Source: an uncultured delta proteobacterium (GTDB lineage Bacteria > Myxococcota_A > Polyangia > Fen-1088). From it: a DNA stretch of 64,000 bases. Of this stretch, positions 12,004-21,643 are shown one piece after another. Position 1 is the first letter of the stretch. The number at the start of each line of letters is the position of its first letter. The position numbers and the translations under genes were made by a program. The stretch is from contig CAVTRY010000014.1 in NCBI GenBank assembly GCA_963737265.1, forward strand, positions 224,001 through 288,000, in the 5' to 3' direction. Under the pieces are notes generated by a model, which worked only from the letters and a program-made list of their open reading frames with translations, was not told where the DNA came from and searched no databases.

Positions 12004-12696
12004 CTTACGGACCCGTGGTTCACGGAGACTGAAGAGTACCGTCACGGCGAGCCGCTTGGGATCGGCCTCGCTGACCTGCCGAAACTGACAGCGGTCATTT
12101 CGAGCCATGCGCACTACGACCACTTCGATATCGATGCGTTCGCAGCGTACCCGGATAAGTCAGTCCCCTTCTTCGTCGCACCGGGGATGGCCGCGGCGGC
12201 GCGCAAGGTAGGCTTCACAAACGTCCACGAACTCGCACCCTGGCAATCGGCTACCGCTGGCACGCTCACCATCACTGCCGCACCGGGAGCCCACGGCGTC
12301 GAGGAAGTTACCTACGTCGTCCAGGGCAAGGGGGATAGTGTGTACTTCGGAGGCGACACCGAGCTGATTCCACCACTTGAAACCGAGCTCCCGAAGCGTT
12401 TCCCTGTGATCGACCTCAAGCTGCTCTCGGTCAACGGCTTGCACGCAGGCGGGACTCAGGTGGTGATGACCGACCAAGAAGCGGCCAAGCTTGCGGGCGA
12501 GTTGCACGCAGCGGTCGCCGTCCCGATTCACTATAAGTTCCGGGGCGGCATCATCGCGGATACCTTCATCCCCTCATACCACGGGACGGCGGAAGGATTC
12601 CTTGAGGCGGCGACGCGTCGCGGCCGGGCGGGCCCCCTCCCAAGTTGCGAGGTAGGCCTCGGTGCCGAGGAGGTCGTCGTGGCCCATGCACGCTGA
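12004..12696 (+). pseudogene. 5'-truncated MBL-fold metallohydrolase (UlaG/lactamase_B_3-like)
   Basis: Begins at the internal LTDPWF motif right at the repeat junction; SHAHYDHFD, YFGGDT, AVPIHY; no native start. Confidence 0.75.
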
Positions 12697-12732
12697 AAGC
12701 CAGAACCGTCCCGAGGGGCGCCTGATCACCGG

Positions 12733-13113
12733 ATGCCGACCATGACCTTTCGATTGATGGCACTTGTGATGACGTGTGCCGGCTGCGTACTCGGCCTCCG
12801 CTTCATTTTCACCGGGAGTTCCGTGCTCCGCGAGTGGGGCATCGAGTCGACCGCTGGATCGCTGGTCGTAGCTCGTCGGATTGGCGTAATCTATCTCAGC
12901 CTCGCCCTCGCGTTCTTCCTTGGTAAATCCGCCGGACCCTCGGACATCCGCTCGGCGGTGTGTTTGGCGACGGGCGGAGCAGTCGCGCTGCTCGCGTCTC
13001 TTGGGCTCCTCGAGTTCTGGGCTGGACGAGTCACGGCTGGCATCATCCGCTCTGTCGCCGCAGAGGCGGTGCTCGCGGCGGCCTTCGTCTGGGTGTGGTG
13101 GAGCGGGCGATGA
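12733..13113 (+). CDS. Small multi-pass membrane protein, function unknown
   Basis: 126 aa with about 4 hydrophobic segments. Confidence 0.65.
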   Translation: MPTMTFRLMALVMTCAGCVLGLRFIFTGSSVLREWGIESTAGSLVVARRIGVIYLSLALAFFLGKSAGPSDIRSAVCLATGGAVALLASLGLLEFWAGRVTAGIIRSVAAEAVLAAAFVWVWWSGR

Positions 13114-13212
13114 CCAATGAAGGTGGTGGGCTCCAAACAGCCTGGAACTGCGAGACAGAAGATCCCCGGGTATAGGAGATACCTTGGCCAAGATCGACGT
13201 GTAGGCCGGCCC

Positions 13213-13590
13213 TTATGGTCGCGCGGGTCCGATTGGCAGAATCCGAACGCGCGATGTGACCTTGTCGATGGACACCACCGCGCCTGCTTCTATCTCGGCC
13301 GTACAGAGGCGCAATACACGGACCACATCCCGCCCGATTACCGACGGCATCACGTCCTGTGTCCGGACCTGAACGATGCTCGGTCCGGCCGCTTGAGAGG
13401 CGGCAAGCAAGGCTGAGAAATCCAGATCGTGCGTGAAGATGACGAATCCGTTGTCGTACGACCAGGTCATGATGACCGAGTCAGAGGCTCTTGGGTCACC
13501 TACCTCACTCCAGTGGACGGACTCGAAGCCCTCCTGTCGCAGGAAGCCGACCCAACTCGTGGGAAGGTTCATATCGAGCAGGATCTTCAT
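13213..13590 (-). CDS. DUF5615 PIN-like toxin (VapC45-like)
   Basis: MKILLDMNL, D..I, IFTHDLDFSALLA; start overlaps the stop of the DUF433 gene. Confidence 0.9.
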   Translation of the reverse strand: MKILLDMNLPTSWVGFLRQEGFESVHWSEVGDPRASDSVIMTWSYDNGFVIFTHDLDFSALLAASQAAGPSIVQVRTQDVMPSVIGRDVVRVLRLCTAEIEAGAVVSIDKVTSRVRILPIGPARP

Positions 13591-13811
13591 ATCAGCGGAA
13601 TTTCGACTTCCTCGGCCCGCCACGCAGCGTAGGAAAGGGCGGCTTGAACGTCGTCCTTCTCAAGGTAGGGGTAAGCCTTGAGAACCTCGTCCACGCTGTG
13701 GCCCGAGGCCAGGAGCCCAACGACAGTTCCTACAGTCACGCGCATTCCACGAATGCAGGGCCGTCCGCCCATCACGGCGGGATCATGTGTGATCCGCTCC
13801 AAGAGTTGCAT
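13587..13811 (-). CDS. DUF433 antitoxin (VapB45-like)
   Basis: RITHDPAVMGGRPCIRGMRVTV...YPYLEKDDVQAALSYAA. Confidence 0.93.
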   Translation of the reverse strand: MQLLERITHDPAVMGGRPCIRGMRVTVGTVVGLLASGHSVDEVLKAYPYLEKDDVQAALSYAAWRAEEVEIPLI

Positions 13812-14119
13812 AACTCGAAGTATACCCTCACTTCCAAGGTAGCCAACACGTGGGCGCCCCGTGCGACTTGGCTTCGCCGGAATATCGCGAACCTGGCAAA
13901 TCGATCACTGAAGTGGACCCCTTTGGTAGGACCAGAAATGGCCCGAGCTAAGAGAGAGTCCGCGTGGGTTTGTTTGTAGATCCGGGTGAGCCTCGCCGGC
14001 AAGGAAATTGTTGAGAGCGGAGGCATGCTGATGGCTGCTGTCCACGGATGCAATGCGCGCACGGCCCCACAGAAGCAGGTGAACGCGTTGCAGTTGTGGG
14101 CAGCGTGCCATCAGCATGA

Positions 14120-14969
14120 TGCAGCGGCGATTTAGGCGGCCTCTTTCATCGCCGACTTCTTTAGTTCGAATTCGTAAAACGCTACGGGTGTCTGAAATCC
14201 AAGGGTTTGGTGAGGCCGCCTGTGGTTGTACTTGTCCAGGTAGATCGCGATGCCACTGCGGGCGTCGGCCACGTCTCGGTAGTCGTTCAAGTAGACCTCC
14301 TCGCATTTGACAGACCGCCATAGACGCTCGAACGAAGATGTTGTCCATGAATCGGCCGCGACCGTCCATGCTGACCTTTACGCCCTTGTCCAGCAAAACC
14401 GATGTGAAGTTGTCGTCGGTAAACTGCGACCCCTGGTCGGTGTTGAAGATCTCCGGCAAGCCGAAGTTCGCAAGAGCTTCTTCCACGACCTCGATGCAAA
14501 AACGGCTGTCCATCGTGTTTGAAATGCGCCAGGACAGAACCCGGCGCGTGTACCAATCCATCACGGCGACCAGGTAGCAATGCCCCTGTCTCGTCGGGAT
14601 GTACGTGATATCCGAGGCCCACACCTGATTGGGCCGAATGATCGCGAGATGGCGCAGCAAGTACGGGAATTTCGTATGTTCCGGCGCGGGGACGGTCGTC
14701 CGTGGTTTGGGCGCCAGCGCTTCGATGCCCATGATTCGCATCAGTCTCTGCACCCGTTTGCGATTCACCGTCTGCCCCTGTGCCTTTAGCAACCGTGACA
14801 GCTTCCGGCTGCCGAATGCTGGCAATTCGAGATGCAGCTTGTCCAGCTCCTTGCAGATGGCCAGATCTTCCTCTGCCATCGGCATCGGCTCCCAGTAGAT
14901 GCCCGATCTCGCAAGATTCAGCAGCTCGCACTGCCGACGGACAGATAGGTCGTTGTGGGGCTCGATCAT
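14120..14969 (-). CDS. IS3 transposase OrfB (DDE/rve), frameshifted near 14330; 3' end approximate
   Basis: PNQVWASDITYIP, FNTDQGSQF, MDGRGRFMDNIFV. Confidence 0.88.
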
Positions 14970-14983
14970 GGCGCGCTTCTCCG

Positions 14984-15277
14984 TCAGCGAATGCGCGCGA
15001 GCCCGCGTGCTAAAAAATCATTCTCCAGCGTCAGCTGCCCCACCTTGCGCAGCAATTCCGATTCGCGTTCGGCGTTCGCCGATTCCTCTGCATTTGCATG
15101 GCCTGGTTCGAAAACCATGGCCAGCCGTGTGACGGCTTCCTTCTTCCACTTGTGAACCAGGTTCGGGTTGATCTTGTATCGGCGCCCGATCTCCACAACC
15201 GTTGCCTGCTCCCGCATGGCTTCGAGAGCTACCTGCGCCTTGAAGAGTGCTGTGTGCTTTTGGCGGTTCGTTTTCAT
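14984..15277 (-). CDS. IS3 transposase OrfA (HTH)
   Basis: RQKHTALFKAQVALEA...KVGQLTLENDFL; TTTTTTA possible -1 slippery site near 15012-15018. Confidence 0.9.
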   Translation of the reverse strand: MKTNRQKHTALFKAQVALEAMREQATVVEIGRRYKINPNLVHKWKKEAVTRLAMVFEPGHANAEESANAERESELLRKVGQLTLENDFLARGLARIR

Positions 15278-15462
15278 CGTGTCCTGCCTCGTTGTTGAGG
15301 CGGACTACACCTTAGCTCCTGGTCCCATTTTTGGGGTCCACTTCACACAGCCTTCAGTCGCGAGCCGGTCGCCGAGCTAACGGATGGGGCTTCCTTTAGC
15401 GTCTACGCAACGGCTGCGCAGGTGAAACGAGCAGCGCGCGGCGTACCTACCAGCGTCTGGAT

Positions 15463-15561
15463 AGAAGGACCTCGGAGGCAATAGATCAGCGTGCCATCAA
15501 ATCCTGCCAGAAGTCCGAAAGACGCCAAATTTCGGCTATTGCAGCTCCGCGATTGACCTCG
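15463..15561. repeat. Direct repeat copy B: current 3' end of the hydrolase gene plus about 23 bp downstream
   Basis: Matches 11905..12003; weaker similarity extends to about 15448/11888. Confidence 0.95.
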
Positions 15562-16682
15562 GCGTGCGTGATGAGGCGGCTGGCGAGGGCGCGCACGCGT
15601 GTCGTCTGTCGCAATCGCTGCGCAAGAAACAAGGTCTCGGACGCAGGCACGACGGAATCGTCGGCGCCGTGTAGAAGAAAGACCGCAGTCGACGGCGCGG
15701 GAGAGCGGGCGGGCGAAAGGGCAGGAGGCAGATCGATGCTCGCGAGCCAAGGCGCGATGGTCTCGCCCAGCTTTTCCACGTTCCGCTGGTTCACGTACGT
15801 CATCAGGCTTCGTGCGGGGTCTGGCAAGGCGTCGCCTAGATCGCGCGCCCGCGCGAAGACTGATTTGGCCTTGGCGGGGTCCAGTCGGTCGATGCTGGAG
15901 GCCTGCAAGAAGGCGGTGATGGCCTGCTGGAGCGGAGCTACTTGCGCATCGGGCACGGCTCGCTCGGCCAAGTTCAACAGCGTGACCACGGCGCCGTAGT
16001 CGTGCGGTTTTGGAATAGTAATGTTTTCGCCGCCGGTGGCGAGGGCTCGTGCTTCGGCGGCCGAGGGCAGCGCGTCCGTGCTTCCCTGGCAGAGATAGCG
16101 AAGCACACGACCGAGGTCATCGTGGCCGCCGAAGGAAAGCACGAAGGCGACGCGGTCGCGCACGGCAGGTCGGCCGGCAGCGACGAGCGCGAGCCCACCC
16201 GAGAAGCTGATTCCCATGAGCCCGACGCGGCCGTCGGGTGCGAGGTCGGGCCGCGCCGAGGCCCAGGCGACGGCGTCCTCCAGCATGTCCGTGCTGTCAG
16301 GTGTGATGCGATAGCTGGCCAGATCCGGCGGTGCCACGGTGAGGACCTGCATCCCCGACGCCGCGAGCTCCCTGGCTAGGCCCACCAGGCGCTCTTCGTT
16401 GATGCCGTCCATGTGAACGCCCGGGACCAAAATCGCCGTTCGTCGCGCCCGCCTCTCCGGTCGGTAGAGGCGCGTTGGCATCGGCCCGTGGCGAGTAGAA
16501 ATGGAAAGGATGGGGCCTTCGTGGACCTTCTCGGCGGCCAGACGGGCCAGGCGCGCCCACGGCCCCTCCTGCTTGGCCACCCGCACGATGAGCGCCAGTG
16601 CCGCCAGTCTGGGAAGGAAATGCCACACCATCAGTCCGGCAGCTAACGCGATGGGAAGAACGATGTACGCGACTCTTCGCAT
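15486..16682 (-). CDS. Alpha/beta-hydrolase fold protein, membrane-anchored
   Basis: N-terminal TM helix; GISFSGG nucleophile elbow; LLHGADDSVVP; ITH. Confidence 0.8.
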   Translation of the reverse strand: MRRVAYIVLPIALAAGLMVWHFLPRLAALALIVRVAKQEGPWARLARLAAEKVHEGPILSISTRHGPMPTRLYRPERRARRTAILVPGVHMDGINEERLVGLARELAASGMQVLTVAPPDLASYRITPDSTDMLEDAVAWASARPDLAPDGRVGLMGISFSGGLALVAAGRPAVRDRVAFVLSFGGHDDLGRVLRYLCQGSTDALPSAAEARALATGGENITIPKPHDYGAVVTLLNLAERAVPDAQVAPLQQAITAFLQASSIDRLDPAKAKSVFARARDLGDALPDPARSLMTYVNQRNVEKLGETIAPWLASIDLPPALSPARSPAPSTAVFLLHGADDSVVPASETLFLAQRLRQTTRVRALASRLITHAEVNRGAAIAEIWRLSDFWQDLMAR

Positions 16683-16752
16683 GGATGGGAACCATATTGC
16701 CTAATCTGGCTTCCTGCCCAAAGCCAGAACCTGTGACCCGAGAAAGGTCAGG

Positions 16753-17484
16753 TCAGTCGCGTCGCCGGTTGCCGAAGATGCGCAGAAGCATGAGGAACAG
16801 ATTGATGAAGTCGAGATAGAGAATGAGCGCGCCTTGCAAGGCCAGCTTAGTTCGGTTGTCGCCTGCTTCGACGTTCGCGCCTAGCTGTTTCAATTTTGCG
16901 GTGTCGTAGACGGTGAGGCCAGTAAAGACGATGACACCGGCGAAGGTGGTCAGCCAGTACAGCATGGGGCTGCCGAGGAAGATGTTGACGATGGAGCCGA
17001 GGATCATGCCCCACAGGCCCATGATGCAGAAGCTACCGACACTGGTGAGGTCGCGCTTGGTGACCGCGCCGTAGGCCGACAGGCCGGCGAACATGCCGCC
17101 CGTCACGACGAAGGTACCGCCGATCGATCCCATGGTGTAGCGCAGGAAGATGACCGAAAAGGTGACTCCGCTGAGGGCCGCATAACCGAAGAACATCATG
17201 GCCGCGGTGCCGGCGCTGACCCGGGCAGCGACGGGCGCGAAGGCCACGACCAAAACCAACTCCGCGATCATGAGGCCGATGAACACCAGTGGGTTGCCAA
17301 ACACGAAGCTGAGCGCCGCCGGGCTGGAAACCATGGCCAGCGCCACCAGGCCCGTGGTGGCAAGCCCGAAGCTCATGAACATATGCACGCGCTGTAGGAA
17401 CGCCCGCGCCGCTTCGTCGCTACGCGTGCCGATCCCGGCGGTGACGAATTGCGCTCTCGTCTGATTCTGTCCGATCCATGCCAT
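16753..17484 (-). CDS. Bax inhibitor-1/YccA family membrane protein
   Basis: 7 TM; GLTVYDT, ALILYLDFINLF. Confidence 0.93.
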   Translation of the reverse strand: MAWIGQNQTRAQFVTAGIGTRSDEAARAFLQRVHMFMSFGLATTGLVALAMVSSPAALSFVFGNPLVFIGLMIAELVLVVAFAPVAARVSAGTAAMMFFGYAALSGVTFSVIFLRYTMGSIGGTFVVTGGMFAGLSAYGAVTKRDLTSVGSFCIMGLWGMILGSIVNIFLGSPMLYWLTTFAGVIVFTGLTVYDTAKLKQLGANVEAGDNRTKLALQGALILYLDFINLFLMLLRIFGNRRRD

Positions 17485-17541
17485 GGCTCCTATCTACCAC
17501 AGGAGCGCCTCGGCGCACGTCGCGGCGAGCCGGGACAGTAT

Positions 17542-17889
17542 CTAGGCGGCACGCATGAACGCACCCGAGATGTCGTCGACGAACCCGTGGAACGAGGGGT
17601 TCGCGCGTTCCAGCTTCAGCGCGAAGCCCTGCTCGTCGGTGCGCACCACGCGGCCACACGCCGTGCAAACCGAGCGTTCCGCCATGACGAAGCCAAAGGC
17701 GACGTATTGGCCGACGCGCGGACGGCGCCCCGAAGGTCTGAAGTGGTTGAAGTAGCTGCCGCCGGCCGAGACATCGACGAGCTCCAACGTCAAGGAGCGA
17801 GGTTCGCCGGCGAGATGTACGCGGACGGGGACGCCCAAGAAAATGCGAGGATAGCGCCGCCTCTCCGTCGGCGACGCGTGCGCGTTCAT
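17542..17889 (-). CDS. Stand-alone PilZ domain protein
   Basis: ERRRYPR (RxxxR) and DVSAGG (DxSxxG) c-di-GMP motifs. Confidence 0.88.
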   Translation of the reverse strand: MNAHASPTERRRYPRIFLGVPVRVHLAGEPRSLTLELVDVSAGGSYFNHFRPSGRRPRVGQYVAFGFVMAERSVCTACGRVVRTDEQGFALKLERANPSFHGFVDDISGAFMRAA

Positions 17890-18004
17890 GGCTTGGCTCC
17901 AGCTTGGTCCATAGTTCTTAGAATCGCCTTTATGATTTCAGTTAGCCTGTTTGCATCGGACCTTTGCTGCGGATCTTGAGGGCCTTGTGCCATAGTTCCT
18001 GCCA

Positions 18005-19060
18005 ATGACAGGTTTGCTTCTGTGCAATCTCGGAACGCCGAGCGATCCCAGTCCGGCGTCGGTGCGTCGCTACCTGCGCCAGTTTCTCGCCGATCCGCGC
18101 GTCTTGGATATCAATCCGGTCGGCCGCTGGGGACTGCTGAACCTGATCATACTGCCCCTGCGTCCGCGCAGAAGCGCCGCCGCGTACAAGAAAATCTGGA
18201 CCGAGCGCGGATCGCCCCTGCTGTGGAATAGCGAGGATCTGGTCCTCGCCGTGCGCGAGCGGCTCGGTCCAAGCTGGGCCGTGGAACTGGCCATGCGCTA
18301 CCAGCAACCGTCGATTGCGTCGGCGCTGGAGAAGCTGCGCAACGCCGGAGCCGATCGCGTGGTGGTCTTTCCCCTCTATCCACAGTACGCGGCATCGTCC
18401 ACCGGCTCGACCGTCGAGGAGGTATTTCGTGTCGTGGCCCCGGCGTGGGTGCCGCCGACGCTGACCTTTGTCGGGCCCTTTTATGACGACCCAGGGTTCA
18501 TCGACGCCTTTGCCACCCAGGGCGAGCCGATTCTGCGGTCCGAGAAACCCGATCACGTGCTGATGAGCTTCCACGGTCTGCCGGAGCGGCACATGCGCAA
18601 AACCGATGCGACCGGGCGCCATTGCCTGGCGGCACCGGACTGTTGCGAGCGCATCGTGCCGGCCAACCGCCACTGCTATCGGGCACAGTGCTTTGCCACC
18701 GCGCGCGCGCTGGCGGCGCGGCTGGCGCTGCCGGCGGGAAGCTGGAGCGTGAGCTTTCAGTCGCGCTTGGGGCGCACACCGTGGATTCATCCCTACACGG
18801 ATCGCGTAATCCTGGAATTGGCCGCACAAGGGAAAAAGCGGCTGGTGGTGTTCTCGCCCGCCTTCGTCGCCGACTGCTTGGAGACGCTGGAGGAGATTGG
18901 CATGCGCGCCCGGCATGACTTCATCGCCACCGGCGGCGAGCGCTTGACGCTGGTGCCATCGCTCAACGCAAGCCCCACCTGGGCGGACGCGGTCGTGCGC
19001 TTGGTTCGCCGTCACGTTCCGCGGGAAGACCCAAGTGCGGGTTCGACGACTCATCCGTGA
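18005..19060 (+). CDS. hemH: Ferrochelatase
   Basis: LLLCNLGTP, PLYPQY, SFHGLP, FQSRLG..W..PYT, FVADCLETLEEI. Confidence 0.97.
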   Translation: MTGLLLCNLGTPSDPSPASVRRYLRQFLADPRVLDINPVGRWGLLNLIILPLRPRRSAAAYKKIWTERGSPLLWNSEDLVLAVRERLGPSWAVELAMRYQQPSIASALEKLRNAGADRVVVFPLYPQYAASSTGSTVEEVFRVVAPAWVPPTLTFVGPFYDDPGFIDAFATQGEPILRSEKPDHVLMSFHGLPERHMRKTDATGRHCLAAPDCCERIVPANRHCYRAQCFATARALAARLALPAGSWSVSFQSRLGRTPWIHPYTDRVILELAAQGKKRLVVFSPAFVADCLETLEEIGMRARHDFIATGGERLTLVPSLNASPTWADAVVRLVRRHVPREDPSAGSTTHP

Positions 19061-19135
19061 TTTGCGGCTTCAGGATGTTGGCGCGTAGGTATTCTCCTCT
19101 CGAAGACACAGAACTTTCTAGCTAGACACAGGTTC

Positions 19136-20074
19136 ATGGCCACAACAAACACGACACCACGCGCAGGCATCGACGAGCTGACGCACTCCCTGCTAGCATC
19201 GTACCGGGCCATCGGCGGCATCAACCATGTCGACGGCAAGAGCTTGCCCTCCAAGGCGGCCATCGCGGGTGTCATCCAGAGCATTCTTCGCCTGCTTTTT
19301 CCAGGTTTTCTCGGGGATCACCTCATGCGCTCCGGCGCGCTCGAAGTCGAGACTCGGGCACTCCTGGCATCCGTCCAATGCGCGCTCGAACGCGAGATCC
19401 GCCATAGCTTTGAGTACGCGCCGCCCGATGGAGCTGCACGCGAAGAGCTCGGGCGGCTGGCCGAGGATGTAACTGCTGCTAGTCTCGCCGAGCTGTTCCA
19501 AGTTCGAGAGCTCTTGCAGACTGATGCGGAGGCCGCGTTCGCAGGAGATCCGGCGGCGCTGAGCACCGATGAGATCATTGTTGCTTACCCCTTCATCGAA
19601 GCCATCGCGGTCCAGCGCTTCGCCCACGAGCTCTATCGGCGCCAGGTCCCGCTCATTCCACGCATCATGACTGAATGGGCTCATTCGCGCACGGGGCTCG
19701 ATATTCATCCCGGCGCCGAGATCGGTTCCCACTTTTTCGTGGACCACTGCACCGGCACCGTCATCGGGGAGACCGCGCTCATCGGCAGCCACGTCAAGAT
19801 GTACCAGGGGGTTGGTCTGGTGGCGCGATCGTTGTCGGGCGGACAAGCCCTGCGCGGCAAGAAGCGCCATCCCACCATCGGTGACCGGGTCACCATCTAT
19901 GCCAATGCAACCATCGTGGGTGGCGAAACGGTGGTGGGCTCGGGCAGTACCATCGGCGCCAACGTCTTTCTCATGCAGTCCATTCCACCGGACTCGCTGG
20001 TGGTTTACGAACCGAGCGGCATTCGCATGACATCGAAGGTGCGCACGGAAGCGCCGCTCGATTTCCAGATCTAG
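19136..20074 (+). CDS. cysE: Serine O-acetyltransferase (CysE/EpsC long type)
   Basis: GDPAA, DIHPGAEIG..FFVDH.TG.VIGET, KRHPTIGDRVTIYANAT. Confidence 0.9.
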   Translation: MATTNTTPRAGIDELTHSLLASYRAIGGINHVDGKSLPSKAAIAGVIQSILRLLFPGFLGDHLMRSGALEVETRALLASVQCALEREIRHSFEYAPPDGAAREELGRLAEDVTAASLAELFQVRELLQTDAEAAFAGDPAALSTDEIIVAYPFIEAIAVQRFAHELYRRQVPLIPRIMTEWAHSRTGLDIHPGAEIGSHFFVDHCTGTVIGETALIGSHVKMYQGVGLVARSLSGGQALRGKKRHPTIGDRVTIYANATIVGGETVVGSGSTIGANVFLMQSIPPDSLVVYEPSGIRMTSKVRTEAPLDFQI

Positions 20075-20174
20075 GACATCAGCCAGCCCGGCCGTCGTCT
20101 TAGCCGAACCTGCGGTATACTATCTTTGAGGTGCGCGCCGCGGTCTTTGCAGCGCGGTTGAAAGAGGGTTTCAC

Positions 20175-21338
20175 ATGAGCAAGGCGATCACGCTTCGACT
20201 GGGAATCCTGGTGGGCATGCTGGTGGTCGTCGCCGACTGCGGCGGGAAAGCGCCGGACTCCTCGGTTGGCGGGGCGGAATCCACCGGCGGCGTGCAAGCT
20301 GCCGGCGGTGCTCGGGCGACAGGTGGCGCGCAAGCTCCGGGTGGTGTTCGGGCGACGGGTGGCATGCAGGCCGCGGGCGGTGCTCCGTCCGCGGGGGGCG
20401 CCGCTGGTTCGTCGACCGTAGCGGGATCGTCCGATGCAGCGGCCGCGACGGGCGGCGCCGGCGCGGTCGCAGACGCGGGTTCCACGTCCGCCGACCTGGC
20501 GGCGCCGGTCAGTTGCCCAGCGCCGCCCGCGGGCGCCTCGGCCGATGCCGTCACCGCGCTCAATGCCGAGAACGCCGCGCGCGTGGCCATGGGTATTCCT
20601 TGCGCCTCGTTGGTGCTGACCTTGTGCATATCGGCGCAAAATCACTGCGACTACTACACGACCAACCAAGGCAGTGCGACCTGTCAGGCCGCCAGTGCAC
20701 ACAATGAGGTCGCCGGCTGTCCGCAATTCACCGGCGCGGATCCCGGCGCTCGCATCAAGGCCGCCGGGTACGTTGGCAACGGCTGGAGCGAGTGCATGGC
20801 GTTCCTTGGCGATCCCGCGGGCGCGGTCCGGACCTTCATCGACTCGGTCTATCACCGCACCGCGGTTCTTTCGCCCTGGTACCGCGACATGGGCTACGGC
20901 GGCGGAGTCGGCTGCGACACTATCGATTTCGGCCCGGGCGCCGCGACGGCGAAGACCGTGACCGCGTTCTACCCCTACGACGGTCAGATCGGAGTGCCGC
21001 TTTCCTTCAACGGCGCGCAGGAGGGCCCAACCCCGCCTGTGCCTTCGACCGGTTGGCCGAGCGGCTATCCCATCACGCTCTACGGTCAGGGGATTACCGT
21101 CAGCGCGCACCAGATCGTCGTGGACGGCACAACCACGCCGCTTGCCCATCTTTGGTTGGACGGCGACGCCACGCTTGGCCCGACCGCGAAGGTGCTCTAC
21201 ACCGAGGCACCGCTGAGCGCGAACACGACCTACCGGGTGACCATCGACGGAACCACCTCGGCGGGCAGCGTCCACTTCGATTGGACGTTTACGACCGGGG
21301 CCGCGCCGACCAAGCCAGGCAACGGTCGGCGCGGGTAG
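20175..21338 (+). CDS. Secreted/lipoprotein CAP (SCP) domain protein with a Gly-rich linker and C-terminal Ig-like domain
   Basis: Signal peptide + Cys; TGG-repeat linker; 'N..R...SAQNH..Y...H.E...RIKAAGY...EC...SVYHR..LSP' CAP pattern. Confidence 0.8.
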   Translation: MSKAITLRLGILVGMLVVVADCGGKAPDSSVGGAESTGGVQAAGGARATGGAQAPGGVRATGGMQAAGGAPSAGGAAGSSTVAGSSDAAAATGGAGAVADAGSTSADLAAPVSCPAPPAGASADAVTALNAENAARVAMGIPCASLVLTLCISAQNHCDYYTTNQGSATCQAASAHNEVAGCPQFTGADPGARIKAAGYVGNGWSECMAFLGDPAGAVRTFIDSVYHRTAVLSPWYRDMGYGGGVGCDTIDFGPGAATAKTVTAFYPYDGQIGVPLSFNGAQEGPTPPVPSTGWPSGYPITLYGQGITVSAHQIVVDGTTTPLAHLWLDGDATLGPTAKVLYTEAPLSANTTYRVTIDGTTSAGSVHFDWTFTTGAAPTKPGNGRRG

Positions 21339-21643
21339 GCCGGGGCTCGGGTCGGTCGCCCTTTGTCGGTCTGGTCAGGCACGAAATGGGTGCCCCTTAG
21401 TCGCTTCGTCAGTGTGCGCGGAATTCCGGCTGCATGGTGGCTGTAAAACCGGGAGCGCGAAGCAGGAGATTTCGACGTCGAAAAGTGACGCCGCCGAGGT
21501 CCATGATTTCACAGATGTTAGGTGACAGGCTAACGCTATGCCATCATGCTGTGGCGTCTTGTCGATCGGGATGTTGCTCACGCCGGCGCCCGCCCGATGC
21601 CCCTGAGCGTCAACGCGCACCCATGACCCGCGCGCTGTGAGCT

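Larger units (their letters stand above)
13909..15345 (-). mobile_element. IS3-family insertion sequence, 1437 bp
   Basis: Terminal inverted repeats TGAAGTGGACCCC...GGACCAG at both ends (5'-TG...CA-3'); 3-bp target duplication CAC (13906-13908 / 15346-15348); orfA and orfB present. Confidence 0.93.

Noticed and set aside
12004-15462. Integron cassette array (short genes, TA pair, GCTAAC/GTTGGC words)
   Set aside because: Genes are in mixed orientation, no paired R''/R' boxes with an attC hairpin could be built, and no intI is present.
17930-21522. ATGATTTCA...TTAG words (17932, 21503; similar at 6158, 34624) as dif/IHF-like sites
   Set aside because: Variable spacing and too short to separate from chance without a genome-wide motif test.
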